The position numbers and the translations under genes are program-made. 64,000 nt of DNA. It comes from Octopus sinensis. Its lineage: Eukaryota. Below, piece by piece: positions 40,995-53,890 of this stretch. The stretch's first letter is position 1; each line of letters opens with the position of its first letter. Below the pieces are notes generated by a model. That model had not been told where the DNA came from. It ran no database searches and saw only the letters and a list, made by a program, of their open reading frames with translations. Location of the stretch: assembly GCF_006345805.1 (NCBI RefSeq), contig NC_043004.1:45198001-45262000 (forward strand). The letters are read 5' to 3'.

Positions 40995-41400
40995 CGCAGG
41001 AGTGGCTGTGTAGTAAGTAGCTTGCCTACCAACCACATGGTTCCGGGTTCAGTCCCACTGCGAGGCACCTTGGGCAAGTGTCTTCTACTATAGCCTCGGG
41101 CCGACCAAAGCCTTGTGAGGGATTTGGTAGATGGAATCGGAAAGAAGCCCGTCGTATATATGTATATATATATATATATATATATGTGTTTGAGTGTCTG
41201 TGTTTGTCCCCCTAGCATTGCTTGACAACCGATGCTGGTGTGTTTATGTCCCCGTCACTTAGCGGTTCGGCAAAAAGAGACCGATAGAATAAGTACTGGG
41301 CTTACAAAGAATAAGCCCTAGGGTCGAGTTCCTCGACTAAAGGCGGTGCTCCAGCATGGCCGCAGTCAAATGACTGAAACAAGTAAAAGAGTAAAAGAGT
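40993..41400 (+). mobile_element. SINE family A, full length, young
   Basis: GGCGCAGGAGTGGCTGTGTAGTAAG (A box), GGTTCAGTCCC (B box), CCTTGGGCAAG, tail AAGTAAAAGAGTAAAAGAG. Confidence 0.92.
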
Positions 41401-42654
41401 AATATATAGAGATAGACAGATAGATAGATAGATATGTAGTTCTACTCCATGCTTGATATTTATGCTGCGATGTTTAGAATTCAAAATTGTCATCAATCAT
41501 TATCAGCATGGTCTCAATCATCATCAGCTGGAATGCTATCATCATCATCATCAACACATTCAGCTTCATCATACTCATACTGTTACATTTTCAATTGTGT
41601 CTAGATTTGACCATTACATCTACAAGACAATATAATACGATATCTCTCTATCTCTCTCGCTCTCTTTTTCCTTTTTTGCTTATGTTGCATCATTACTGCA
41701 TCTACTTCTCTGCTATATTAGCGTGTTTACCACCAGCTGACCTGCCCTTACCTCATTGACATGCATTATTTATATGCAGTTCACATGCATACTAATGTAG
41801 TAGCCATCTCTCTCTCTCTCCTAAATATATCAGACTGCCTTTGATTTGCAGTGGTTGTTTTAGCCCATTTGCACTTAACCTTTCACGTAAATATATATAT
41901 TGAATCCAGAAACTATAATCGACTTCCAATAAACGGCAGTTGTTGTGGATCATCTGAATCCACTGTTCATACATCACCAATGCAAAATTATCTCTCTTGC
42001 TTAAACCACATATAACCAGATAATCTTGCACTTATTCTCTCTCTCTCTCTCTCTCTTTCTCTTTCTCATGAGCACACATATGCATGTATACAAGCAGATA
42101 TGCAAATCTTTACCAAGAATTTCGTCTGCAAATGTGTCTTTTACAAGAAAAGAAGGTTCTGGAAACCGTCTCCTATCGAGTCGTTGAAAGGTCCTTTAAG
42201 TGGTCTCTTGTTTTGCTAAAAATAGCAACTAAATTTCTTTCAAATTGTACACTATTGTTTTAAGCAAGGAATGGCATATTATAACATGTTATAACATTTG
42301 TGTGTGTGGGCTTCCACCATATGAGTTACGCTTAGCGATCACTCACAAGTGTATTCACTTGTGAGTGATTGCTAAGCGACCTGGTAGCTGAGTGATCGCT
42401 AAGCTGACCTGGTAGCTTGCATCATACTTCCGGTAATTGTGTTAAGTACCTATGTAGATGTATAGGACCTTAATCCAGAGAAACGTTAGTTTCAAATTTT
42501 GGCACAAGGCCAAAAATTTTGAGGGAGGGGTTAAGTTGATTACATCAATCCCTGTGCTCAACAGGTACCAGCTGAACACTAAGGTTGATGTAATTGATAA
42601 ACCCACTCCACACAAATTTCAGGACTTGTGTCTGTAGTAGAAAGGATTATTATT

Positions 42655-43140
42655 ATTTTCCTTTGCCTGGTGGCTGTGGTGAAAGAGGTTGTTTGGTGGA
42701 CAAGGCTGAAAGGTGTGAGGATAGACACATTCCTCTTTGGTAGGAGCTCTCATTGACTTTTTCAAGTTTCACTTGAAAATGAAATTGAGAGTGGAGAGGG
42801 AAGTGTTGTCTTTGAGTGAGTTTATTGAAAGATGGGTGAAAGTTCCAAAAATGGCAAGTGTAGATGGTGTCTCTCTAAGTGTAGACCTGTGAGTCGGAGA
42901 GAAGGAATTGGAGAAGGCATGGCTCCTAGGGTTTCAGGGAAATCTTGGACAGTGGGGTTCCTTGATTATCCCTAGAGGCATTCCTGTATCAGGAGGGCCA
43001 CATCTCTATCATCCTCCCAACTCTTTTTTTCTACCTGTATATGCTATGCATCATTTCATTATTATATATATAAACACCCACAATTATATCTGTCTCTGTA
43101 CTGTCCCCCTCATCTTTTGCCCATGTGGCAAATAAATAAA
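42655..43140 (+). mobile_element. L1/Tx1-like LINE 3' fragment with 3' UTR and (AAAT)n tail
   Basis: With frameshifts it reads IFLCLVAVVKEVVWWTRLKG...LIDFFKFHLKMKLRVEREVLS...ERWVKV, and ends GCAAATAAATAAA. Confidence 0.6.
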
Positions 43141-43157
43141 CTTACTATTACTATTAT

Positions 43158-43557
43158 TACTCTCTTTTACTCTTTTACTTGTTTCAGTCATTTGACTGCG
43201 GCCATGCTGGAGCACCGCTTTTAGTCGAGCAAATCGACCCCCAGGACTTATTCTTTGTAAGCCCAGTACTTATTCTATCGGTCACTTTTTGCCGAACTGC
43301 TAAGTTACGGGGACGTAAACACACCACCATTGGTTGTCAAGTGATGTTGGGGGGGACAAACACAGACACACATACATATACATATATATATATGCGACAG
43401 GCTTCTTTCAGTTTCCATCTACCAAATCCACTCACAAGGCATTGATCGGCCCGGGGCTATAGCAGAAGACACTTGCCCAAGATGCCATGCAGTGGGAGTG
43501 AACCTGGAACCATGTGTTTGGTTAGCAAGCTACTTACCACACAGCCACTCTTGCGCC
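43158..43557 (-). mobile_element. SINE family A, full length
   Basis: End-to-end match. Confidence 0.9.
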
Positions 43558-43595
<38 letters not shown>

Positions 43596-44384
43596 GTATT
43601 AGATTTCTTCTAGTGCTATAATATATTAAATTTGTACATCTACAGTACATTTTCCAGGCACTTTATCTTGTAGTGATGATGATGGTGGTGATGGTGCACC
43701 AAGTACCCCCAGTCACCAATCACTCACAGTCAGCTGAAACACAGATTTAGTGTGGCTCTAACTGTGAGTTATGTTATATATTAGCAGCACACAGAGAGAC
43801 AGGATTTGGATGTGAACAGATGCTGGGTGGTGCTGTGTTTGAATTCCCAAATTACAAACAATACATACTGTCAATTATTTTGATTTTTTTTTTTTATATA
43901 TATATATTCTTTTGAGATATTTCTTGAAATTTTACTGCTGAAGTAGGAGAGAGAGAGTGAGAGAGTGTGTTGATGAAAAAGAGCAATGCTTAGGTGAGAT
44001 GAAAAATGCAAAGTCAAGAAGGAATGAGAGGAAGAGAAGGATAAAGAGAAAGAGGGGGGGATGTTGATTGGAGACAGAGATGGAGGGAAGAGGTTGCAAT
44101 GCTAAAGAGAGAGAGAAAGTGTGTGAGGAAATGAGAAGAGAGAGAGTGGAAGTGAGCCGGAGAGAACAAGGATAAGAAGGAAGCTGGAGTATAGAAGTCA
44201 GAGGGGAGAGAGAGAGATGGGAGATTGTAATTGGCTGAGAAGTTGAGGTCTGAAGATCTGGTTTTACAGAGAATATTTTAGATGAATGTGATTTTCCATC
44301 CCCTTAACCCCACACTTTTGGCCCCAATACCAATGGTTTGGTATTGGAATAGTTTTTTTAGTTTTTTGTTTTTTTTTAATTCAT

Positions 44385-44557
44385 CATCATCATCATCATC
44401 GTTTAACGTCCGCTTTCCATGCTACCATGGGTTGGACGGTTCAACTGGGGTCTGGCAAGCTCGAAGGCTGCACCAGGCCAGTCAGATCTGGCAGTGTTTC
44501 TAACTGGCTTGGTGCAGCTTTCGAGCTTGCCAGACCCCAGTTGAACCGTCCAACCCA
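44385..44557. mobile_element. Family B 3' end with a local fold-back duplication (44428-44557)
   Basis: (CAT)n tail, then 55-nt arms separated by a 20-nt loop. Confidence 0.85.
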
Positions 44558-44929
44558 ATTGTTCTTTTTAATTTACCTGACTTTGTTCACTATCATTGCT
44601 ACTACCATCACAACTGGCTTCCTGTAAGCATTTAAGCAGCAGATTTAGTGTATGTACGTCTAGGTGTGTGTGTGTGCGTGAGAGTATAGTGGGAGAGAGG
44701 AAGAGAGAGAGAAAGTAACAAATCCGGAGATGCTCAATATAGAAAACATGTGCTCAAATGTTTTAACTTAAACACCAAAATCTTTACTGAGGACCAAGTC
44801 TGTGTAGTAAAGAGTGGCTGTAAGGGGAATCCAGCTGAATAGATTTGAAGATGATGATGCAAATAAAAAAAATAAAACTGCTTGGGTTTGCACATTGCTG
44901 TACTCAAGAAGACCTGCACTCCACAGCAG

Positions 44930-45178
44930 AAGTGTTATGACCAGTCCCTCTGGTGATGAAAAGCTCTTGTGACAGTGCATTGTAAAAGCACCTGTGTGGT
45001 ACCATGTCAAAAACCCCATACAGTGCCATATAAAAGCCCATACAGTGCCATATAAAAGCATCCAGCAGAAGCCATGCCAAATTAGACTGGAGTCTGGTGT
45101 AACTCCTCAGCCTGCCAATTTTGGTCAAACCATCCAACTCATGCCAGTGCAGACAACAGACATTAAACGATGATGATA
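44930..45178 (+). mobile_element. Family B repeat, decayed, with a 22-bp internal tandem duplication
   Basis: CCCATACAGTGCCATATAAAAG twice; CATCCAACTCATGCCAG...ACATTAAACGATGATGAT. Confidence 0.65.
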
Positions 45179-46527
45179 TATATATATCTTTGCCTAAGAT
45201 TTGTTGTTGCTTACTTGCTGGCTCCCTTCGTTCACCATCAACCTTCATCAAGCATACTTGTTACCAAAGGCTGCTTGCCTTTTTCCCTATTTGATGAGAG
45301 CCCCATCATCGCTGTTGCCAGCTTATGCTGGTTGTAGGTTTACCTGTCAACACTTGCCAAGGCTGGAATGGGATGCTCTTGTGGTCTGGTGGTTAGTCCT
45401 GATCATCAGAACTTACACGGTATTTAAATTCAGAAAGCTAATTGATCAGAGCAGATATTGCTAGACATTTTGTCGGACTCTGTAACCATTCCACTTATCT
45501 ACTACTTGCTTTGAACTGTACTTGGCTGGATTTGAACTCAAAGTGCTGAGCATCAGAACAAATACCGAAAAGCAGTCCATCGGATGCTGTAATGGTTCTG
45601 CACATTCACATCGTTAATGAAGTTCATATTACAGAAAAGAAAAAAATTACTTTTGTTTGGAATTATAATCATTGTATAGTTGTCAACCCATGCGGTTACT
45701 AAAGGAAACATTATTATTGTTATTATCATTATTACAAATTAGTTTCAGTTTATAAATGATTAGCCCAGCCAACCATCTTTTGTTTCTTTGTGGTCAGTGG
45801 ACCTCCTAGATATAACAACAAAATCTCCCTCGAACCTCCTAAAGTGAAGCACATATTCAAGAATTTGGTTCTGGATTGCAGTTTCACTTTTTTTTTGGTG
45901 TGGGGGGAACTGTCAGGATGGTCAAAGTTGGAATGCCTTTTGATCATAGGTGTGCTTAATTTGGATTAACCTGAGGCTAAACAAGACAGTCACGATAATA
46001 ACAACAACCAGCAACAAGTTTTGTTTTGTGTTGCAATGCCAAATGTTACTGCCATAATGTCATGCTTCAGCTGTCGACTGTTTTCTCCATTTCATGGGTG
46101 GAAGAGTTTATATTATTACACAGACTTATCTGAACTGACAAGTTGCAATGTTAGTTGTGTTTGTTGCTTGTCACTGGCAGTCTAGGTGAAGAAGTGTTTT
46201 TCAATGGCTGAACTTCCAAATCATATATTTCTATATGTAGAATCCCTGGTTAATTACATTTCAAAAACTTTCAGGAAAATATATCTTTATACTTACTTCA
46301 CCAGTATTTCAACTGAGTTTCATAACATTTTGTAGGCACTTTCACTATATATGGTAAAAAAAGAGGAAAATGGTTGACAACTGGTTGAGATAGCATTTTA
46401 TGAAGACTCACTTCAGCCAGCTACACCACAGGCGATAAATCTTTTAGCAAAGCATATCCTTTTTAATGTGTTTGGTATTGCTTTGTCCATAGATAGTGCC
46501 AATCTGAGAACAACAAAATTAGCAGAG

Positions 46528-46918
46528 TACTTATCTTTACTTGTTTCAGTCATTTGACTGTGGCCATGCTGGAGCACCACCTTTAATCGAGCAACTCGAC
46601 CCCGGGACTTATTCTTTTGTAAGCCCAGTACTTATTCTATCGGTCTCTTTTGCCGAACCGCTAAGTAACGGGGACATAAACACACCAGCATCGGTTGTCA
46701 AGTAATGCTAGGGGGACAAACACAGACACACAAACACACACACATGCATATATATATATACGATGGGCTTCTTTTCAATTTGCGTCTACCAAATCCACTC
46801 ACAAGGCTTTGGTCGGCCGAGGCTATAGTAGAAGACACTTGCCCAAGGTGCCACACAGTGGGACTGAACCCAGAACCATGTGGTTGGTAAACAAGCTACT
46901 TACCACACAGCCACTTCT
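46528..46918 (-). mobile_element. SINE family A
   Basis: End-to-end match. Confidence 0.9.
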
Positions 46919-48938
46919 CCTTGTTAATTTATAGTTTGTTGCAGGCGTGGGCAACCTCTTCCAAGGAGGAGACTGTATGAGACATGACTCATCAGGTGGG
47001 GTGTACTACTAAAAACATTTAAGGTAATTTTTCATTGGTATGCCATTCTGAATGTCTTATGGGTCACAGTTTTCCCATGACTAGTTTGTAGTTTAAACAG
47101 TGCTCTTGCTTCATGGGCAAACTGAGCTTCCCTATAGTACTTATTTATAGTTAGACTGCTATTATAAATTCATATTTTTATTGATTCTTTTAATTCTATT
47201 TGGAATTCTTGTTGAGCCAGTGGATAGCGATAATGTAGGTTGTTACAAAGTTCAAACTGGTTAATTACGCTAGCCACAATTAGTTACTGGAAGTTGAACC
47301 TGCCTTTGCTGGCAGGCAGAGACTGCAGAGACCAGATTTGCAAACTAGTTTAGCAGCAATAGTGGGGATCAGTTTTGGTGACCAGTGGTTGTGTACCCTG
47401 AAGAGAGCAATTAGATCAGAATTGATAGTTTTTTTTGCAAAGAGCTAGTGGTAAAGAAAACTAGATTAGACGGGAGCAAATTAGCAATATAGAAGAGGCA
47501 TTTTGTATAGGAATTGCAAGCAACATGCCCACTGCAAGAATAGCCCCCAAACATTTCTTCTGTGCATAACAAGACTGCATTGTCAGAACTAGGGCTCCTG
47601 TGTTCAATCACTTTGATAGAATGCACCTTGCCATTTGCTATAATGATAGAGAGGAGGCAAATTTGAACCTTTTCATTTGTAATGATTTTCCCCAGACAAT
47701 TAAAACTCTCATTGGTCTGATCAAATAGGCTTTTGAAACTGAATCTGTTTTAGCTTTCTTTTTTTAAATTTTGTTGTCTTATTTGTTTTGCTTTTTTTTT
47801 TTAAATACAAATTTGTGCTGACCATTTGATTTTGTTAGAAATATCATTTTTCTCTAATTCAATACGTCTGGAAATAATTCTGGAGCATTATATTGATTGG
47901 TGGAGTTAATTAATTATTATCCTCTGCTTCTTCACCTTTGTGCAATCACCAATTAGACAATCGACAAAAAAAATAGACAAATAAATAAAAAAAATATTAA
48001 AAAATTATAAAACAAATTGCCAGCCGAGGTGGCGGTAGTGGGAAACTTAGGAAATGTGGGAAATAAAACCAAAAAACAAATCACATAAGAATATATAAAA
48101 TATGCAATGTCCATGGCATTCTCGAAGTCATAGACTTTGAATCATTTCCATTGAAGAATTTGTTCCAGTTAAGTTATTAATCTTAATTAGAGAGAAATAA
48201 TTACTGCTGCTGTTGTTACTCTTGATGTTGTAATTGTCTTCATTATCATTGTTGTTGCTATTTTGTTGTCATTAAAGCTTTCTCTTTTTTGTTTTCTATG
48301 TTAGTATTCTGAATTTTGTCTCTTTAGGCAAAGCGGCATGGAGATACAGAACTGAACTGAAAAGTTCAGATTGATATTCTCTCTTTTTCTTCTTTTTTTG
48401 CCTTTTGATAAATCTCTCTCCAGTTAAGCACACATGTCCTGTCTCGGTTTATATGCCTAAAATAGGATGGTTGCTAACCAGCTGTAAAAATAGCTATTTA
48501 TTTCCATAAAAATCATTACTTTCACACTGGCATGAAAAATTATATGCAACAGTCAAGAAGTCCTAGATGCCTAATTAAAGTGAGTACTAAATGGGTAACC
48601 AATCTAGAGATTGCTACTTCGTATCCTGTCACCACCCCTAATTTCATATGGTTAAAATGTGTAGGGCATTCAAAAGCCCTGCCCACCTGATTGTATGCAG
48701 AGATGATACATTGGTACAGGCTGAATCTGTTAAGCTGTAAAGTTGGTTAGCTCTTTGCTTTGTTGAGTTCAGTTTCTCACAGAGAAGATTTACTTTTTAT
48801 AGTTTATTGCATATCAAGGAGGTGAACCATTTTTCATTCAATACAAAAGTCAGATACTAGGGTTAACACAGCAGATCCTATGCTGCCATATAAGATTGAA
48901 CCTTATGTGCATGTGAGAACCTGTGTTTCATATATATG

Positions 48939-49775
48939 CAGAGTAAATTGCCGTCATCTTATGTTTTTAGTTTTGTGCATGCATATTGTTCTTGATTTTG
49001 TTGACTACACAGTAGACTCAATTGGGCACCATCTGTGAGAAAAAAAGCACCATGATGCAATTCATACTGCCAGAAATTTGGAAATGACATGCTGTACAGA
49101 TTGGCATTCGTGCCAGAAGCTTCAATGTGAACATTTCAAAGTGTTTGGGTGTCAATCTGAGTGTTTGTCCCCAAAACATGTACCGAGAGTGATAAAAATC
49201 AATCATCCAGTCGACATCATGGTGATTGGATTGATCATTAGTGATGATGACATTATGACTTCATTCATAGCCTACACAGCCTCAAACTCAAAACAGAGGC
49301 CTACATCAAGTGCCTTGAAAAGGTAGTGCTGTCCTGGTTCAAGAGGGTGGTTGCTGGAAGACCCTGTGTCTGGCAACAGAACTTTGCACCATGCTACACA
49401 AGCAGTAGAATCCAGTTATGGCTGTCAGACAATTTCTGCGGCAGCATCACCCCTAACATCTGGCCACTTAGCTCCTCACACTACAACTCACATGATTATT
49501 ATGTGCGGGGTGCAGTTGAGTGAGAAACCAACAAAACTCCTTCTAACAGCAAAGAGGAACTAAAGGCAAGGAGACCACCCAGAAGAGTTACAGGAGATTC
49601 CGAAGTTGTCAGAAGGCCGTGGTTGAAGCCAGTGGCGATTCTATTTAATAAATTTACTCTTCAGTATTTCCAGATATTTTTATGTAATTTTGGTAAATAT
49701 ACATGTCAAAAATGAGATGTCAGCATTATTTTCATTTTTGCATAATTTAGACGACAATTTATTCACTGCACTCTG
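48939..49775 (+). mobile_element. Internally deleted, decayed Tc1/mariner of the DD37D (maT) type
   Basis: Frames give IMVIGLIISDDDIM / AYIKCL / VVAGRPCVWQQNFAPCYTSSRIQLWLSDNFCGSITPNIWPLSSSHYNSHDYYVRGAVE, with 37 residues between the second and third catalytic positions. TIR-like ends CAGAGT..AAATTGCCGTC and GACGACAATTT..ACTCTG|TA. Confidence 0.8.
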
Positions 49776-50122
49776 TATATATATATATTAATAATAATAA
49801 TATTAGGGAGTATGGCTCCAAACTTACAGGGAAAAATTAGATTTAGTATTAAATCAAATTTCATAGTATAAATATATAAAATATGAATTAGAGATAAAAA
49901 CAACTATTAGGCAACTTATTATATTATATTTATCATTCTTTTTATACTTTTAGGGGAAAAAATTTATATATTATATTAATTATATTTGTATTATTTGTTA
50001 TATATGTATTGGTTTATGTCTATCACTGAGTTGCCTAATAGTGGTTTTATCTCTAATTCATATTTTTTATGTGTGTGTGTGTGTATATATATACATATAT
50101 GTGTGTGTGTGTATATATACAT

Positions 50123-50435
50123 GCATGGCTTAGTGGTCAGGGCATCCGGCTCACAATCGTCAGGTTGTAAGTTCAATTCATGGTGGCATGTTGTGTCCTT
50201 GAGCAAGATACTTTATTTCATGTTGCTCCAGTGCAGTAAATGGCAAGAATGAGTAGTACCTGTATTTCAGAGGGCCAACCATGTCACCCTCTGTGTCATG
50301 CGAAATCTCCCTGAGAACTATGTTAAGAGTGCACATGTCTGTGGAGTGCTCAGCCACTTGCATATTGATTTCATGAGCAAGTTGTTCCATTGCTCATATC
50401 AGCTGGGAGCCTCATCGTCGTAACCAACAGGGCTG
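50123..50435 (+). mobile_element. tRNA-derived SINE (family D; head and central box shared with family C)
   Basis: TGGCTTAGTGG A box, AAGTTCAATTC B box, GTGTCCTTGAGCAAGATACTTT. Confidence 0.65.
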
Positions 50436-50514
50436 CTATATATTGATATATATATAATATAACATATATATATATATATATATATATAGATATATATATA
50501 TATACTGGAGATAC

Positions 50515-50893
50515 GTTAAAAGCACTATCCGAATCGTGGCCGATGCCAGCCTGCCTCGACTGGCTTCCGTGTCGGTGGCACATAAAAAGCACCATCCGAA
50601 TCGTGGCCGAAGCCCGTGGCCAGTGCCGCCTCGACTGGCTTCCGTGCAGGTGGCATGTAAAATGCACCAATCCGACCGTGGCCGATGCCAGCCTCGCCTG
50701 GCTCCAGTGTAGGTGGCACATGAAAAGCACCCACTACACTCATGGAGTGGTTGGCATTAGGAAGGGCATCCAGCTGTAGAAACATTGCCAGATAAGACCG
50801 GAGCCTGGGGCAGCCTTCTGGCTTCCCAGATCCCCGGTCGAACCGTCCAACCCATGCTAGCATGGAGAACGGACGTTAAACGACGATGATGAT
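50515..50893 (+). mobile_element. Family B repeat with three tandem subunits of about 60-70 bp
   Basis: AAAGCAC..TCCGA..GTGGCCGA..GACTGGCTTCCGTG..GGTGGCA repeated, then the standard tail GACGTTAAACGACGATGAT. Confidence 0.85.
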
Positions 50894-51050
50894 ATATATA
50901 TATATATATATACTATATATACATTACATATATATATATATATATATATATTCTATATATACATATACATACATATATATATATAGATATGTATATATAT
51001 ATATAGACATACATATAATATATATAGACATACATATATAATATGTATAT

Positions 51051-51091
<41 letters not shown>

Positions 51092-51380
51092 GTATATACA
51101 CATATATATATATAGTATATATATATATATATATATACACATACACACACACATGCATACATACATTCACACACCAAAACAGACGCACACATGCACACAC
51201 GCAGAATTCAACTCACTTTAAAAGTCAACTGGCAAAGTTTACTTTAGAAGCATTGAGATGTGTGGAAAGACACAGATAAGTAACTAATTTTATTCTCAAA
51301 TGCAGGATAATGCTAATAATATATTATTAGCATTATCCTGCGTTTGAGAATAAAGTTATTTCCTTATCTGGTGTCATCAA

Positions 51381-51622
51381 TACATATATATATGTATGTA
51401 TATATATGTATTATATATATATATGTATATATATATATGTATGTATATATATATATATATAGTATATATATATATATACATGTATATATATATATAGTAT
51501 ATATATATATGTATGTATAATATGTATGTATATATATATGTGTATATATATATATATACATGTATATATATATATATGTATATATATATAGTATGTATAT
51601 ATATGTATGTATATATATATTG

Positions 51623-51657
<35 letters not shown>

Positions 51658-51681
51658 GTATGGATATATATATGTATGTAT

Positions 51682-51715
<34 letters not shown>

Positions 51716-52564
51716 GTATATATATATATATGTATGTATATATATGTATATGTATAATATATATGTAGTATATATATATGTATGTATATATATAGATATG
51801 TAAGTATATTATATATATGTATATATATATATATGTATATATATATATGTATGTATATATATATATGTATATATATATGTATGTATATATATATATATGT
51901 ATATATATATATGTATATATATATATGTATGTATATATATATGTATATATATATGTATGTATATATATATATATGTATATAATATATATGTATGTATATA
52001 TATATATATGTATATATATATATGTATGTATATATATATATTAGTATATCTTATATGTATGTAGATAATATATATGATATATTATAGATGTATATATATA
52101 TATAGGTATATATATTATGTATATATATATATATATGTATAGATATATGTATATATATATATGTTGTATGTATGTATATATATTGTATGTATGTATATAT
52201 ATGTATATATATATGTATGTATGTATATATTATGTATATATATATATGTATATATATATATAATATGTATGTATATATATATATGTATGTATGTATATAT
52301 ATATGTATGTATGTTCTATATATGTATATATATATATGTATGTATATATATGTATATATATATGTATGTATGTATATATATATGGATATTATTATATGTA
52401 TGTATGTATATATATGTTATTATATATGTATGTATGTATATATATTGTATATATATATATGTATATATATATATGTATATATATAGTATATATGATATAT
52501 GTATGGTATATATGATATATAATATGTATGTATATATATAATGATGTATATCTTATATGTATGT

Positions 52565-52600
<36 letters not shown>

Positions 52601-52673
52601 GGTATGTATATATATATGTATATATATGTATGTATGTAATATAAGTTATATATGTATGTATGTATAGATAATG

Positions 52674-52704
<31 letters not shown>

Positions 52705-52729
52705 GTATATATATATCTATATGTATATG

Positions 52730-52780
<51 letters not shown>

Positions 52781-53490
52781 TATATGTATTGTATATATAT
52801 ATATGTATGTATGTATGTATATATATATGGATATTATATGTATATATTATATGTATATATATATGTATGTATGTATATATATTGTATATATATATATGAT
52901 ATATATTATGTAGGTATATATATATGTATATATATATATGTATGTATGTATATTATATATGTATATATATATATGTATGTATGTATGTATATATATTGTA
53001 TGATATATATATGGATGTATGTATATATATATGTATATATATATATGTATGTATGTATAATATGTAGATATATATATTATGTATTGTATTATATATATGT
53101 ATATATATATAATATGTATATATATATTGTATGTATGTATATATGTATATATATATATGTTGTATGTATATATGTATATATATATATGTATGTATGTATA
53201 TAATATTGTATATATATATATGTATATATAATAATGTATGTATGTATATATATATATATAGTATTATTAATATATATGTATATATATATGTATGTATGTA
53301 TATATAATGTATGTATGTTATATTATATGTATGATGTATAATATATGTAGTATGTATATATATGTATGTATGTATTATATATGTATATATATATATGTAT
53401 GTATGTATATATATATGTATGTTGTATATATATATGTATATAATATTATACTATGTATGTATGTATATATGTAGTATGTATATATATATA

Positions 53491-53523
<33 letters not shown>

Positions 53524-53655
53524 CAAATATGTATATATGTATTATATATATATATATATGTATTATATATATATAATAGACACATATATACATATGTGTA
53601 TATATATATATGTGTTCTATATATATATATATGTATATATAATACACACAAATAT

Positions 53656-53695
<40 letters not shown>
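51381..53695. repeat. 2.3 kb degenerate (TA)n/(TATG)n array
   Basis: Read directly. Confidence 0.95.
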
Positions 53696-53698
<3 letters not shown>

Positions 53699-53890
53699 AG
53701 TTGTCGGTGTTTTACTCCCACTCTCGCTGGTGTGACGAATGTGGTGTGTTATGTCCCCTGTAACTTAGCCGTTCGGCAAAAGAGACCGATAGTTTAAGTA
53801 CTAGGATTACAAAGAATAAGTCCTGGGGTTGAATTGTTTGAATAAAGACAGTGCTCTAGCATGGCTGCAGTCAAATGACTAAAAGAAATA
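53696..53890 (+). mobile_element. SINE family A 3' half
   Basis: GTAACTTAGCCGTTCGGCAAAAGAGACCGATAG...ATGGCTGCAGTCAAATGACT. Confidence 0.8.

Noticed and set aside
46080-46480. Possible second mariner fragment
   Set aside because: No readable catalytic motif or TIR pair.
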